This document shows positions 1 through 13,712 of a DNA stretch of 64,000 nt, piece after piece. A program made the position numbers and the translations under genes. Origin of the DNA: Squalus acanthias (taxonomy: Eukaryota). The stretch lies in NCBI GenBank assembly GCA_030390025.1, contig CM059431.1, forward strand, positions 101,372,001 to 101,436,000, read 5' to 3'. Within the stretch, counting starts at the first letter, position 1, and every line of letters starts with the position of its first letter. The notes below the pieces were generated by a model that was not told the origin of the DNA, made no database searches, and worked only from the letters and a program-made list of their open reading frames with translations.

Positions 1-59
1 AACAACAGAGCAGTCTTCCATCTCATCAGTCTAGACAAACCTTTGACTCCAGTCCAGAC

Positions 60-1060
60 TGAGGAGGAACATTTAGGGAACAGTGATCATAGTATCATAA
101 GGTTTAGATTAGTTATGGAAAAGGACAGGGAGCAATCTAGAAATGGGAGGAAGGTAAATTTCAGTGGATTGAGAACGGATCTGGCCCGGGTAAATTGGAA
201 TCAAAGATTGGCAGGCAAAACTGTAATCGAACAATGGGCTGGCTTTAAAGAGGAGATGGTTCGGGTACAGTCGAAGTACATTCCCACGAGGGGGAAAGGT
301 AGGGCAACTAAAAGCCAGAGCTCCCTGGATGATGAAAGAGATGCAGAGTTTGATGAAGCAGAAAAAGGGCACATATGACAGATGTCAGGATGTGAATACA
401 AGCGAGAATCAGGCTGAATATAGAAAGTTCAGAGGGGAAGTGAAAAAGAAAATAAGAGGGGCAAAGAGAGAGTATGAGAATAGATTGGCAGCTAACATAA
501 ATGAGAATTCAAAAGTCTTCTATCAGCATATAAATAATAAACGGGTAGCCTGTGCCAGCTCTTTGAAAGAGCTCTCCAATTAGTCCCACTCCCCTGCTCT
601 TTCCCCACAGCCCTGAAAATGTTCCCCTTCAAATATTTATCCAATTCCCTTTTGAAAGTGACTATTGAATTTGCTTCCACCGCCCTTTCAGGCAGCGCAT
701 TCCAGATCACAACAACTCGCTGCGTAAAAAAAATTCTCCTCATCTCCCCTCTGGTTCTTTTGCCAATGACCTCAAATCTGTGCCCTCTAGTTACCAACTG
801 CTCTGCCAGTGGAAACAGTCTCTCCTTATTTACTCTATCAAAACCCTTCATGATTTTGAACACCTCTATTAAATCTCCCCTTAATCTTCTCTGCTCTAAA
901 GAAAACAACCCCAGCTTCTCCAGTCTCTCCACATAACTGAAGTCCCTCATCCCTGGTACCTTTCTAGTAAATCTCCTCTGCACCCTCTCCAAAGCCTTGA
1001 CATCCTTCCTAAAGTGCGGTGCCCAGAATTGGACACAATACTCCAGCTGAGGCCTAACCC
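60..1060. mobile_element. CR1 fragments (plus-strand ORF2 middle 60-545; minus-strand 3' end 549-1060)
   Basis: LGNSDHSIIRF and ERVQRRFT...RRLRGDLIEVFK...FFTQRVV peptides. Confidence 0.85.
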
Positions 1061-2259
1061 AGTGAATTTATTAAGGTTGGCTGGCCAAATCTTGGCAGAT
1101 GCGGCAAATCAGGCTTTGCTGGTTCTATATAATGTATTATATCACTGTTAGATAACTTGCTTGTTCATTATTTAACACTTCATATTTTCAAGATGAGATC
1201 TAATGCTCTCTGCTTTCAAACAGGGAAGTTTAAATCTTATGGAGACATAAATTAATCCAGCACCTAATAGCAGATACAATAACAGAGTTTACTGTTCACT
1301 TGCTGGGCACGATACCAACAGTTTATCTGGAGCACAAGGCAAGGACAGACATTTTCAATTGTTTGGGGATTTGGGACTCACCCAGGAGAGTAATCCAAAA
1401 TGAAAGAACTGAAATTATCTAGGATAAGATGGTTTCAAAAGTCCCAGATAAAGCAACAGCCTCCTTGGGGAAATCGCAATATCTGCATGCAGAATCTCTC
1501 AGACATATTAAGGTACAATTGCCTTGGCAAGCACGCATGGGTTGCTGCATAAAGGCAGCTCTTTCCTGAGCGTCTAAGGCGCAGATCCACCTGCCTTGCA
1601 TGACTCCTCCAGAAGTCAAAGTGAATCTTTATCAGGCAATCAAGCCAGCAGATATCAATGAATATTCGCTAGACACTCAAATCCCTCCATGGCCTCGCTC
1701 CTTCCCATCCTTGCAACCTCCGCCAGCCTCACAACCCCCCGGTATCTCCACACCCACCCCCCCCCCCCACCCCCACCCACAACTCATGAGCCCTAACAGC
1801 TCGCAGCGTGTTTAATTGCCATTTAAAATCCATTAAGTTGTTAAAAATAACGGGAGGCTAAGGGCGAGGTGCCGTTTGGGCAAGGTAAACAGCGGAGTGG
1901 CGTAAATCGACCAGAATTTGAATAAATGCATCCACTTTATGGGCACTTTAGGAAAGATAACACCACGAAAGATGATGAGAGGCTTAAATCAGAAGTAGAA
2001 ATTTGAGGCTCTTTTCATTAGAACAGAAAGCTTATCAGGAGATCTGATGGAGATGTTCAAAATTAAGGTATGGAGAAAGGGCAGGGGAATGGGGCTAAAT
2101 GGGAGAGCTCTTTCAGAAAGCTGGCACAGGCCCCGATGAGCTGAATGGGCTCCGAATAACACGTTTTAAAACTTGAAACAGTGGCACATGCTTCTTTGTG
2201 GAATTCCCTTTCAAATAACATCATAAAGTGAGAGAGTTTTAATGTTGTTGATCTTACAG

Positions 2260-2730
2260 TCATAGAGTTATACAGCACAGATAGAGGCCCTTCGGCCCAT
2301 CGTGTCCGCGCCGGCCATCAAGCCCTGTCTAATCTAATCCCATATTCCAGCATTTGGTCCGTAGCCTTGTATGCTATGGCATTTCAAGTGCTCATCCAAA
2401 TGCTTCTTGAATGTTGTGAGGGTTCCTGCCTCCACAACCCTTTCAGGCAGTGAGTTCCAGACTCCAACCACCCTCTGGGTGAAAAAGTTCTTTCTCAAAT
2501 CCCTTCTAAACCTCCCGCCCTTTACCTTGAATCTATGCCCCCTTGTTATAGACCCCTCTACTAAGGGAAAAAGCTCCTTAGTATCCATCCTATCTATGCC
2601 CCTCATAATTTTGTACACCTCAATCATGTCCCCCCCTCAGCCTCCTCTGCTCCAAGGAAAACAAACCCAATCTGCCCAGTCTCTCTTCATAGCTGAAGCG
2701 CTCCAGCCCAGGTAACATGCTGGTGAATCT
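2260..2730 (-). mobile_element. CR1 3' fragment
   Basis: IEVYKIMRG...TRGH...FFTQRVVGVWNSLP; same subfamily as 6960-10634. Confidence 0.85.
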
Positions 2731-2834
2731 CCTTTTCATGGAAGAATTTGGGATGAATGGTTTGCTGCACACGTGGGCATAAATCGGATGATGAGGCAGC
2801 AGCTGTTGAAACTAAATACTTTTTGGGTCCTGAT

Positions 2835-2974
2835 CAATGTTCCCTTCAAGCTGCGTGGCCACGCTCTGCAGCCCTCCGCGCAACCAGCTCACCGGCTTTT
2901 AAACAGGAAAAACCGAGCATGCGCGGTATTTTGAATGGGCCACGCACCCCAAAATAAAATTCAAGGGAACACTG
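2835..2974. mobile_element. hAT-type MITE (140 bp)
   Basis: Ends CAATGTTCCCTT / AAGGGAACACTG; perfect 8-bp TSD gtcctgat. Confidence 0.85.
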
Positions 2975-3094
2975 GTCCTGATACTAGCAAGGGTACAGGT
3001 AAGTCATTTAGTATCACATGGCAGCTATCACACTTCCCCTTTGAACAAGGGAAACCTTGAGGAATACATCTGGGAAAATTCTGAACAGGCTTAG

Positions 3095-3490
3095 GAACAG
3101 GAGAAGACCCATTCAGCCACTCGAGTCTGTTCCGCCATTCTATTAGATCATGGTTGATTTGTACCTCAGCTCCATTTACCCTCCTTTGCTCCATATCCCT
3201 TGATACCCTTACCCAACGAAGCTCAGTCTTGAAAATGTCAATTGACCCTCAGCATCCACACCCCTTTTTTGGGGAGAGAGTTCCAGATTTCCACTACCCT
3301 TTGTGTGAAGAAGTGTTTCCTGACATCACCCTTCAACGGCCTGGCTCTAATTGTAAGGTTATACCCCTTGAACTGGACTCCCCCCACCAGAGGAAATAGT
3401 TTCTCTCTATCCGCCCTATCAACTCCTTTAATCATCTTAAACACCTCAATTAGATCACCCCTTAATCTTCTATACTCGAGGGACTACAAG
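3095..3490 (-). mobile_element. CR1 3' fragment
   Basis: FKMIKG...FFTQRVVEIWNSLP. Confidence 0.8.
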
Positions 3491-6262
3491 CCTACATACA
3501 AGGTACAATATATCTACCTTAGAAGCATAGCATTAGATTTTCAAGCTCTACAATACTTTACTGAGTGACACTGAAATAGCTGGAGACAACAAAAAATGTT
3601 GGCTCACAAATTAGGATAAAACTAATCACAAATACTTCAGTAGAGACAATTGTAACTCTATAACACTGCGGTCCTTGAAAAAGGCTAAATTCATTGCAAC
3701 AGTGGATAATGGTCAGCTCTTTGTCATTTTTTCCACACACAATTCCCCCTGAGCCAAATAATTCCCACAATCCGATCATCAGCTCGAACAGTAGGAAAAG
3801 TTAAAATGATGTAAAATGAACAAAGGGGAAAATTCAGTCAGCCACGACACCCTCCTAGTGAAATAGTGAAGTATTAACTGGGGAAATAAGAGTAAATTAC
3901 ACAACATGAAGAATTTTCCACTTGTGGAACTTCAGTTTTTTAGCGATGTTGGTTGAGGGATAATTATTGCTCAGGACACCAGGGATAACTCCCCTGCTCT
4001 TCTTCGAAACAGTGCCGTGGGATCTTTTACGTCCACCTGAGAGGGCAGACGGGGCCTCGGTTTAACGCCTCATCTGAAAGACGGTGCAGCCGTGTCATCC
4101 TAGATTTTGTGCTCAAGTCTCTGGAGTGGGACTTGAACCCACAACCTTCTAACCCACAGCTGGCACAGTACAAAAAAAGGACAGCACAGTGTTGTCGTGC
4201 AATGAGCTACCCATGCCATTAACTGCTCGCTCCAGATTCACAACTAACTTCTCTCTAAGGAAAGTTACTGATCTCAAGTTGTGCTGTACTGGAGGCGTGT
4301 GCGCACACTAACCCATAGAGAGAGAGATGGGAACAATAAGATCAGATGGTAAGTTACCCAGGACTATAGTAGCTTTTAGAGAGATTGGCTCAAATTAGTT
4401 TTCACATTTTATTTTTAGGTATCTGCCAAAGTGAGGATAAAGAGTAGGCCGGTAAGAACAAAAACTATTGTTTAGTTGAAGAAACTGAATAACTTCATTC
4501 AGGACAAACGGGCATGTATGTATGCTAACCTTTTCGAACCTTCCAAAAATTTCCCATCTATGTCACAAAGAGAAAGGTTATACCAAAAAAATTCGAGGGG
4601 ATTACCGAGATTTTGCTAGTTTGCAACATTCAGAGTCTGTCAGCTTAACCACCAATCCCCCTGCAATCCCCCACCCCCACACACACACATATCAAGCAAC
4701 CAGAAACAGCAGTTGGTCATTTTCCACTGAATAATAAGGAAGTTCCTTATAGACCTGGGAAATAACTAAAGGGCGAAAAATAAGTTGAAGAGTTAAAAAA
4801 ATATATTATTGCAGTTGACACCATAGATGACTCAAAGAACATTACTGACAGCATATCTGATCAACAGGAAATCAGATGATACTTCAGTATTATAAGTTTT
4901 TTTTAAACTAGTTGATGTCATAATGCACACCAGCAGTTATAAGTGCAGCATTCAGTTCAACAACATGCATATATATATATAGTACGTTTAATGTAGTAAC
5001 ATAGAACAGGCGAGAGGTTGGTTTTAAGGAGCGTCTTAAAGGAGGAGAGAGAGGTAGAGAGGCAGAGAGGGAATTCCAGAGCTTAGGGACAGGCAGCTGA
5101 AAGCGCAGCCGCCAATGGTGCGGCGATAAAAATCGGGGATGCACAAAAGGGCAGAATTGGAGGAGCGCAGAGATCTCAGATTCGAGCAGGAGGGAGGGGG
5201 GTGGGGAGAGAGCAGGTGGGAAAGGAGAGGGGAGCAGGGGGCAGAGAGAGATTATGGGATCAAGTTTTTGGAGTGGGGCTTGAACCCACAACCTGCTTCA
5301 GATAATGCTACCCACTGAGCCACAGCTGACACCTTGAAGAGTTGAATTCAGCAGCTGAATGTATATACGTATCTTGAAGCTGATAACAAGTAATAAATTG
5401 GAAAAAAGTGGATTTCAAGGGGATGAGAATAGAACTAGGGAAAATAAACTGGAAAAATTATTGAAAAACAAATAGAACAGCAGTAGGAAACATTTTAAAC
5501 AGTGATCAATAGAGCCCAGGGAGTAGTTGAGGTGAATAGCAGAGATGCAATTCAAGGGGAAGCTAAACAAACACAAGGGAGAAAGGAATAGGTTATGTTG
5601 ATGGGGTTCCGTGAAGAGGGGTGGGAGGAGGCTCATGTGGAGAATAAACACCGACATAGACCTGTTGGGCCGAAAGGCCTGTTTCTGTGCTGTCAATACT
5701 TTGTAACTTCGTAACTGTCTTTTGTGGGTGGAAACTTTTGTGCTATTCAAGGCGAGGGATGTTAATATTGAATGTCACTTTGGATCCCCATTATATTATC
5801 AGGCACTTTCAGGTCAGCTTTAGCAGAGCGAGCTGAAGAATAATACTCCTTCAACACCTGCCCAAAAGCAAGCCTTAGCCCAGAACAGAACTAGAGCCAT
5901 AACTGCCTCAGATCAGAATTGTAACTGCACCCATCTCCAATTTTCCATTTCCCACATTAGCCATCCTTGGGGTGAAATTGTGAATTTAGCTCCGAATTGC
6001 AGGCGGTTTTGTGCCGTGTTTCCGTGCCCAGCATTAACAGGGTTGAGAATTACAGGAAGCAGAGAAAGGATCTCTTCATTCAATTAGTCTGGCCTGGATT
6101 CACACCCAATGTTTACGAAACCAGTATGGCCTGGATTCAAACCCAAGTTGTGCAAACCCAGTATGGCCTGGATTCTAACTCAAAACGAAACCCAATGTCT
6201 TCGGAGGTTATGGTTAACACATGCATGAGCATACTTGAAAATGAAACACCCTAAACTAAGTT

Positions 6263-6895
6263 GATAGTCCAACAGTTTTATTTGAAATCACAAGCTTTCG
6301 GAGCTGCTGCCCCTTCGTCAGGTGAAGTGAAGGAATACGAATCGGCAAAGCATATATAGACAGAGAACAATGCCTGTGTAGCGTACAATGTCAGACGACT
6401 ACAGTTAATCTTTCTGACTGCCTTTTATCACACCTCGGCAGAGAAACAATCAGGTCAGGAAGGCATTATATCAAAGACATAGCAAGATACAGCTAAGACA
6501 ATGAGGTGGGGTCACAGGGGGTCTAGTGTGTCAAATGCAGTCTGTATAAACTTTAAAATTTTTACTTTTTAAAAAAAATGGAAATCACATCTGTGAACAA
6601 GCCAACAACGACTCGAGTCTGGATGACTCTACGTCATGTAGCGTGACATGAACCCAAGATCCCGGTTGAGGCCGTCCTCATGGGTGCGTAACTTGGCTAT
6701 CAGTTTCTGCTCGATGATTTTGCGTTGTCGTGTGTCTCGAAGGCCGCCTTGGAGAACGCTTACCCGCAGATCCGAGGCTGAATGTCCTTGACTGCTCAAG
6801 TGTTCCCCGACTGGGAGGTAACAATCCTGCCTGGCGATTGTTGCGCGACTTCTCACTTTTGTCCACCCCAGTCCAACACCGGCATCTCCGCATCA
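6263..6895 (-). mobile_element. Penelope-like fragment (GIY-YIG C-terminus + pLTR with hammerhead) with an inverted tail
   Basis: LPVGEHLSSQGH...EQKLIAKLRTHEDGLNRD; 12-bp TSD ctaaactaagtt (6251-62, 6896-6907); same family as 30934-31780. Confidence 0.88.
6288..6326 (-). ncRNA. Minimal type I hammerhead ribozyme motif
   Basis: Reverse complement UUCAC-CUGACGA-A-GGGGC-agca-GCUCC-GAAA-GCUU^GUGA. Confidence 0.75.
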
Positions 6896-6959
6896 CTAAA
6901 CTAAGTTAGCAGGGGGATGGGATACGGAGTGGAGCTATAGTAGGGGGCGATGCACAGAG

Positions 6960-9900
6960 TAAAAGAACTAGGAAGGTAGTGCAGGAGGCCCCTGGGTCCA
7001 TCTACCTCTCCAACAGATTTTCCGTTTTGGATACTGATGGGGGAGAAGGTTTCTCAGGGGAATGCAGCAAGAGCCAAGTCCGTGGCACTACGAGTGGCTC
7101 AGCTGCACAGGAGGGGAGGAAAAAGAGTGGGAGAGCAATAGTGATAGGGGATTCTATCGTAAGGGGAACAGATAGACATTTCTGTGGCTGCAGACGTGAC
7201 TCCAGGATGGTATGTTGCCTCCCTAGTGCCAGGGTCAAGGATGTCACTGAACGGCTGCAGGGCATTCTGAAGGGGGAGGGCGAACAGTCAGAGGTCGTGG
7301 TTCACATTGGTACCAACGACATAGGTAGAAAGAGGGATGAGGTCCTGCAACAAGAATTTAGGGAGCTTGGTGGCAGATTAAAAAGCAGGACCTCAAAGTT
7401 TGTAATCTCTGGATTACTCCCGGTGCCACGTGCTAGTGAGTATAGGAATAGAAGGATAGAGCAGATGAATGCGTGGCTAAAGAGTTGGTGCAGGAGGGAG
7501 GGCTTTAGTTTCCTGGATCACTGGGTCTGCTTCTGGGGAAGGTGGGATCTGTAAAAGTCAGACGGGTTGCACCTGAACTGGAACAGGACCAACATCCTTG
7601 CGGGGAGGTTTGCTAGGACTGTTGGAGGGGGTTTAAACTAACTTGGCAGGGGGATGGGATACAGAGTGGAGCTATAGTAGGTGGTGATGCACAGCCAAAT
7701 ATAGAGGAAAAAACAAGTCAGCCTGGAAGGCAGAACAAATATGTAATGGCACAAGGGAGTATGGCAAGGCTGGATGGCATTTATTTTAATGCAAGGAGTC
7801 TTGCGAGTAAGGCAGATGAATTGAAGGTGTTGATGAACACATGGGAGTATGATATTGTTGCTATCGCAGAGACATGGTTGAGGGAGGGGAAGGACTGGCA
7901 GCTCAATATTCCGGGGTCTAGAATCTTCAGGCGAGACAGAGGGGGATGTAAAAGAGGAGGGGGTGTCGCAATATTAATCAAGGAGTCAATTACTGCTGTA
8001 AGGAGGGATGATCTCTTAGCAGGTTCCTCTAATGAGGCCATATAGGTAGAACTTAAAAACAAAAAGGGGGCAAGCACTTTGCTGGGAGTGTACTATAGGC
8101 CCCCAAACAGTCAGGGGGAGATAGAGGAACAGATATGTAGGCAAATCTCAGAGAGTGTAGAAATAATAGGGTAATAATAGTAGGGGATTTCAACTTCCCC
8201 AATATTAACTGGGATAGTCAGAGTGTGAAAGGCTTAGAGGGTGCGGAATTCTTAAAGTGCATCCAGGAGAGCTTTTTGAGCCAGCATGTAGAAAGTCCTA
8301 CAAGAGAGGGGGCGGTACTGGACCTAATTCTAGGGAATGTAGCCGGGCAAGTGGTAGAAGTGTCAGTAGGAGAGCATTTTGGTGATAATGACCATAATTC
8401 GGTGAGATTTAAGGTAGTCATGGAAAAGGACAAAGATGGACCGGAAATAAAGGTTCTAAATTGGGGGAAGGCCGATTTTAATATGATAAGGCAGGATCTG
8501 GCCAAAGTGGACTGGGATCAGCTACTTGTAGGAAAATCCACATCAGAGCAGTGGGAGTCATTCAGAAAGGAAATAGAGAGAGTACAGCGCCAACATGTTC
8601 CCGTAAAGGTCAAGGGTGGGACCAACAAGTCCAGGGAACTGTGGATGTCAAGGGATATACAAGAATGGATTAGGAAAAAAAGGGAGGCTTTTGGCAGATA
8701 CAAAGGACTAAAAACAGTGGAAGCCCTAGAGGAGTATAGAAAGTGCAGGGGGGTATTTAAAAAAGAAATTAGGAGAGCGAAGAGGGGGCATGACAAAACA
8801 CTGGCGGGCAAAATAAAGGAAAATCCCAAGATGTTTTATAAGTATATTAAGGGCAAGTTGATAACCAGGGAAAGAGTAGGGCCCATTAGGGACCAAAGTG
8901 GCAATCTGTGTGTAGAGCCGGAAGATGTAGGTGAGGTTTTAAATAAATATTTTGCATCTGTGTTCACTATGGAGAAGGACGATGTAGGCATAGAAATCAG
9001 GCAGTGGGATTGTGATATACTTGAACAAATTAGTATTGAGAGGGAGGAGGTACTAGCGGTTTTAGCGGGCTTAAAAGTGGATAAATCCCCAGGCCTAGAC
9101 GAGATGTATCCCAGGCTGCTGTGTGAGGCAAGGGAGGAGATTGCAGGAGCTCTGACACAAATTTTCAGAACCTCTCTGGCCACAGGGGAGGTGCCAGAGG
9201 ACTGGAGGACAGCTAACGTAGTACCATTATTCAAGAAGGGTAGCAGGGATTTACAGGCCAGTGAGCCTAACATCAGTGGTAGGGAAATTATTGGAAAAAT
9301 TTCTGAGGGACAGAAATAGTCTCCACTTGGAGAGGCAAGGATTAATCAAGGATAGTCAGCATGGCTTTGTCAGGGGGAGATCATGTCTAACCAATTTGAT
9401 TGAATTTTTCGAGGAGATGACTAGGGTGTGTGGATGAAGGTAGTGCAGTTGATGTAGTCTACATGGAGTTCAGTAAGGCTTTTGACAAAGTCCCGCATGG
9501 GAGACTGGTCAAGAAGGTAAGAGCCCATGGGATCCTGGGCAATTTGGCACATTGGATCCAAAATTGGCTTAGTGGCAGGAGGCAGAGGGTGATGGTCGAA
9601 GGTTGTTTTTTTGACTGGAAGCCTGTGTCCAGTGGTGTACCGCAGGGATCGGTGCTGGGTCCCTTGCTGTCTGTAGTGTACATTAATGATTTAGATATGA
9701 ATGTAGGAGGTATGATCAGTAAGTTCGCAGATGACACGAAAATTGGTGGGGTGGTAAATAGCGAGGAGGGAAGCCTCAGGCTACAGGACAATATAGACGG
9801 GTTGGGCAGATGGGCAGAACAGTGGCAAATGGAATTTAACCCTGAAAAGTGTGAGGTGATGCATTTTGGGAGGACTAACAAGGCAAGGGAATACACAATT

Positions 9901-10634
9901 AATGGTAGGACCCTAGGAAGGACAGAGGATCAGAGGGACCTTGGTGTGCATGTACATAGATCCCTGAAGGCAGCAGGACAGGTAGATAAGGTGGTTAAGA
10001 AGGCATATGGGATACTTGCCTTCATTAGCCGAGGCATAGAATATAAGAGCAAGGAGGTTATGATGGAGCTGTACAAAACGCTAGTTAGGCCACAGCTGGA
10101 ATACTGTGTGCAGTTCTGGACGCCACACTATAGGAAGGATGTGATTGCATTGGAGAGGGTGCAGAGGAGATTCACCAGGATGTTACCTGGGCTGGAGCGT
10201 TTCAGCTATGAAGAGAGGCTGGACAGGCTGGGGTTGTTTTCTTTAGAGCAGAGAAGGCTGAGGGGGGACCTGATTGAGGTGTACAAAATTATGAGGGGCA
10301 TAGATAGGGTAGATAGAAAGGAACTTCTCCCCTTAGTAGAGGGGTCAATAACCAGGGGGCATAGTTTCAAGGTAAGCGCCAGGAGGTTTAGAGGGGGTTT
10401 GAGGAAAAACTTTTTCACCCAGAGGGTGGTTGGAATCTGGAACTCACTGCCTGAAAGGGTGGTAGAGGCAGGAACCCTCACAACATTCAAGAAACATTTA
10501 GATGAGCACTTGAATTCCATAGCATATAAGGCTACGGACCAAGTGCTGGAAAATGGGATTAGAATAGACAGGGCTTGAGGGCTGGCGCAGACACGATGGG
10601 CCGAAGGTCCTCTTTCTGTGCTATAAAACTCTAT
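6960..10634 (+). mobile_element. Long CR1 LINE: ORF1 SGNH-esterase domain, ORF2 APE endonuclease + reverse transcriptase, with stops and frameshifts
   Basis: ORF1 IVIGDSIVR, HIGTND, DGLH. ORF2 [57 protein letters not shown]. 3' ctatgact-type tail. Confidence 0.93.
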
Positions 10635-11524
10635 GGGGAAGAAATTCAGTATCGCTCCATTTGGGGCGTAATTATCGGCCGGGCGCAAAGATTAGCACCT
10701 GGCGCTAATTATCGCCACCGACTGCAAACTTGACTTTTATCGCCCCTGGAGGTGATTGGAGCGCTAAATCAGGCGCTTCACACCTGTCTTAAGGCGCAAG
10801 GCCGAGGAGAGAGGCACTACCTCAGAGCGCTGGCGAAGCTCATGTGATGTCAGTCAGCAATGGAACACACACACAATGGCACGGGCCAGTTCTTAAAGGG
10901 GATGGTTGATCTTGTTTTCCATCCACATCCTGCTCATTGCAGCCTTGAATCTCGGCCTGGAGAGACCTGCACATCAAATCTGCTGGAAAGAACAATGGAG
11001 AGTACCAGGCAAAGAGCTCAGAGTGCAGCCCCCACAGTCTCTTCTAAATCGATACAAGGAATGGCAAATCAAAATGAACCTGCAAAGTGCTGCTCAGTAC
11101 CCAAAACTCCTTCACACAGCGTTGAATCTCTCCAGAAGTCTCTCTCTCTCTCTCTCAGAATGCGTGGTTCAAAAATGGCACCAACAATAAAGGCAGGAAG
11201 CGGTCGCCTTTAAATAGCGCTCCCCCAGTCCCTTCATGACTACAAAACGCTCCCCTCAACCTGTCGTTGCTAGCGTCAGGCGGTAAGGCAGGCAGCGCCA
11301 CTCAATATCCGCTCCGGGACGATACCGGGGCGTTGCGCACTCGACTGACGTCACGATCTGCCGGCGCAGGAGATCGTGGCGGTAGTGTTTAGCGCCGCCG
11401 CAAAATGTCTCGTTAATTTCGCGAGCGGCGCAAACATCGCCGCGCCAGGCGCTAGATGCTTTGCGCCCCATTAGCACCCTCTTAAGGCACCAACGGGAGG
11501 CGCAACCAACTGAATTTTTCCCCC
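10635..11524. mobile_element. Non-autonomous Harbinger (internal-deletion type), 890 bp
   Basis: TIRs GGGGAAGAAATTCAG / CTGAATTTTTCCCCC; TSD TAT; ends homologous to 26293-30442; inserted in the 3' tail of the upstream CR1. Confidence 0.9.
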
Positions 11525-12072
11525 TATGACTCTATGTACTTTTTAACGTGGTTGTGTTATTATTAGCTCGGTAGAATTGACCTCAGTGAGGAAGGAAAAA
11601 AGAAACTGTCCACAAGCAGCTTGAAGAAAAAAAGTGATTTCACTGATTCAGTGTGTGGTCATGACTGTGCTGAGACTGCAGCATATCAAAGAAAGTTGGT
11701 GCGATTTAATTGAGCAGCTTTGTAGCAATTGCTCATTAGCAGCTTTCCCTACTAGTCGAGTAAATGGAGGCTTTTTTGCATTTGCTCTCAATAAAATATT
11801 CAAGCCAATCAGCAAGACTAACGCAACATGTACTGCCTATTTCAGCCAATCAAGATTATTCACCCATGGAAGCATGACTCCTTTGAGGTGCAGCACTTTT
11901 TCATCACATATAAGTACATAGGCCCGGATTGTGCGGTCAGCGACGAACAACCAGCCCTCGCCATTCAATGCACTTTCTGTGGATTTTTACACTGCGATTT
12001 GCTGTAATCAGAGAGCCAAAACAAGGGATCAAGGACCTGTGTGAACAGGGCAGGCAACAGCATTTCTCCTCA

Positions 12073-12780
12073 TACGATAGCAAAATACTGCGGATGCTGG
12101 AAAATTGAAACAACAACAGAAAACGCTGGAAAAACTCAGCAGGCCAGGCAACATCCATGGAGAGAGAAACAGAGTTAACGTTTCAGGTCGAAACCCTTCG
12201 TCAGAACTGAGAAAAAAGCAGGAAATGAAACAGATAAAAAAGCAAGGGGGAGGCTGGGGGGAGGAATAAAAGAACAAAAGGGGTGGTTTATGGTAAGTAG
12301 AGACATTAAGAGATGCTCAAGGCGAGACGAGATGGTAATGGGACAGGTTAAGAAACAAAGGGTGGCTAGAAGTGTGAAGTGTGAAATGCCGGCAGAATGA
12401 GAGACAGCTGCCGTAGGGGGAGAGAGAGAAAAAAAAGGGGAAAAGGCACAAACCAAAAGGGTGGATAAAATGTATATATATATATGTGGTAGGGGCCGAG
12501 GTTATGATCTGAAATTGTTGAACTCTATGTTGAGTCCAGAAGGCTGTAAAGTGCCTAATCGAAAGATGAGGTGCTGTTCCTCGAGCTTACGCTGAGCTTC
12601 CGTGGAACAATGCACGAGGCCGAGGACGGTGAGGTCTGAGTGGGCGTGGAGAGGTGAATTAAAATGACAAGCGACCGGAAGCTCGGGGTCACCCTTACGG
12701 ACTGAACGGAGGTGTTCCGCAATCTCTCCACGGATGTTGCCTGGCCTGCTGAGTTTTTCCAGCGTTTTCTGTTGTTGTTT
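12073..12780 (-). mobile_element. Second Penelope-like family: GIY-YIG C-terminus + pLTR, with a short inverted end segment
   Basis: AEHLRSV...PVACHFN...RKLEEQHLIFRLGTLQPSGLNIEF; 15-bp TSD cagcatttctcctca / cagcatatctcctca. Confidence 0.85.
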
Positions 12781-12906
12781 CAGCATATCTCCTCAACCAA
12801 TCAGATTGTAGAATGCTTACCGAGACACGCAGAGTCTAAACCAGGAAGTCTAAGTTAGAATATTTCATTCAATGTAAAATCAAGTTTAACATAATTTCTC
12901 TGCTTT

Positions 12907-13196
12907 ACTTGTCCCATTACCACCTCCTTTCACCTTGCACCATCATCCCTTTTGTCATTTAATCTCTCCTGCCTTCCACCCTATCACAGACCTTCCCTTT
13001 TGTTCTTTCCTCCCCTCCCCGCTTTCCCTGCCTCTGTTCTTTCTTAAAACCTGTTACAACTCTAACTTTTTCCAGTTCTGACGAAAGGTCATTGACCTGA
13101 AACGTTAACTCTGTTTCTCTCTCCACAGATGCTGAGTATTTCCAGCATTTTCTGTTTTTATTTCAGATTTCCAGCATCTGCAGTATTTTGCTTTTG
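12907..13196 (+). mobile_element. Solo Penelope pLTR (second family)
   Basis: Homologous to 12080-12350 inverted; 11-bp TSD ttctctgcttt; hammerhead motif at 13073-13111. Confidence 0.75.
13073..13111 (+). ncRNA. Minimal type I hammerhead ribozyme motif (second Penelope family)
   Basis: CAGUU-CUGACGA-A-AGGUC-auu-GACCU-GAAA-CGUUA^ACU with palindromic AACGUU; related minus-strand copy at 12171-12209. Confidence 0.75.
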
Positions 13197-13712
13197 TTCT
13201 CTGCTTTTCAATTCTATTCCTCAAGAAATGATCCCCAATGCTTTGTATTTTTTCATAGCCTTGTGAACCTGCGTTGTTACTTTTAATGATTTATGAATCT
13301 GTACCCCTCGATCCCTTTTCTCTTCTTATTTTCCAAGGAGTATGTGACTTCCTTATTCCTCCTACCAAAATGCACCACCTCACACTTCCCTATATTGAAA
13401 TTCATTTGCCATTTACATGCCCATTCTGCAAGTTTATTCTTATTGTATTTTGTCGCAGTCTTCCACAGTATTAACTACACCCCCCAATTTGGTGTCATCC
13501 GCAAATTTTGAAATTGTACTTCTGATTCCCGAGTTCAAATCGTTTATGTAAATAGTGAACAACAGTGGTCCCACCACCAATCCCTATGAAAGTTTTCAAG
13601 ATACTAAGGGGAACTGATAAGGTAGATAGAGAGAAACTATTTCCGCTGGTTGGGGAGTCGAGGACTAAGGGGACATTGCCTAAAAGTTAGAGCCAAGGCT
13701 TTCAGGAGTGTC

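Noticed and set aside
6085..6195. Three short repeats (…ggcctggattc.aacc…)
   Set aside because: Short degenerate local duplication with no supporting structure.
10860..11213. Conserved novel small protein (MEHTHNGTGQ…), also at 21330-21866
   Set aside because: Similarity reflects two copies of the same non-autonomous transposon; the ORF runs through promoter/UTR sequence and the two copies differ in length.
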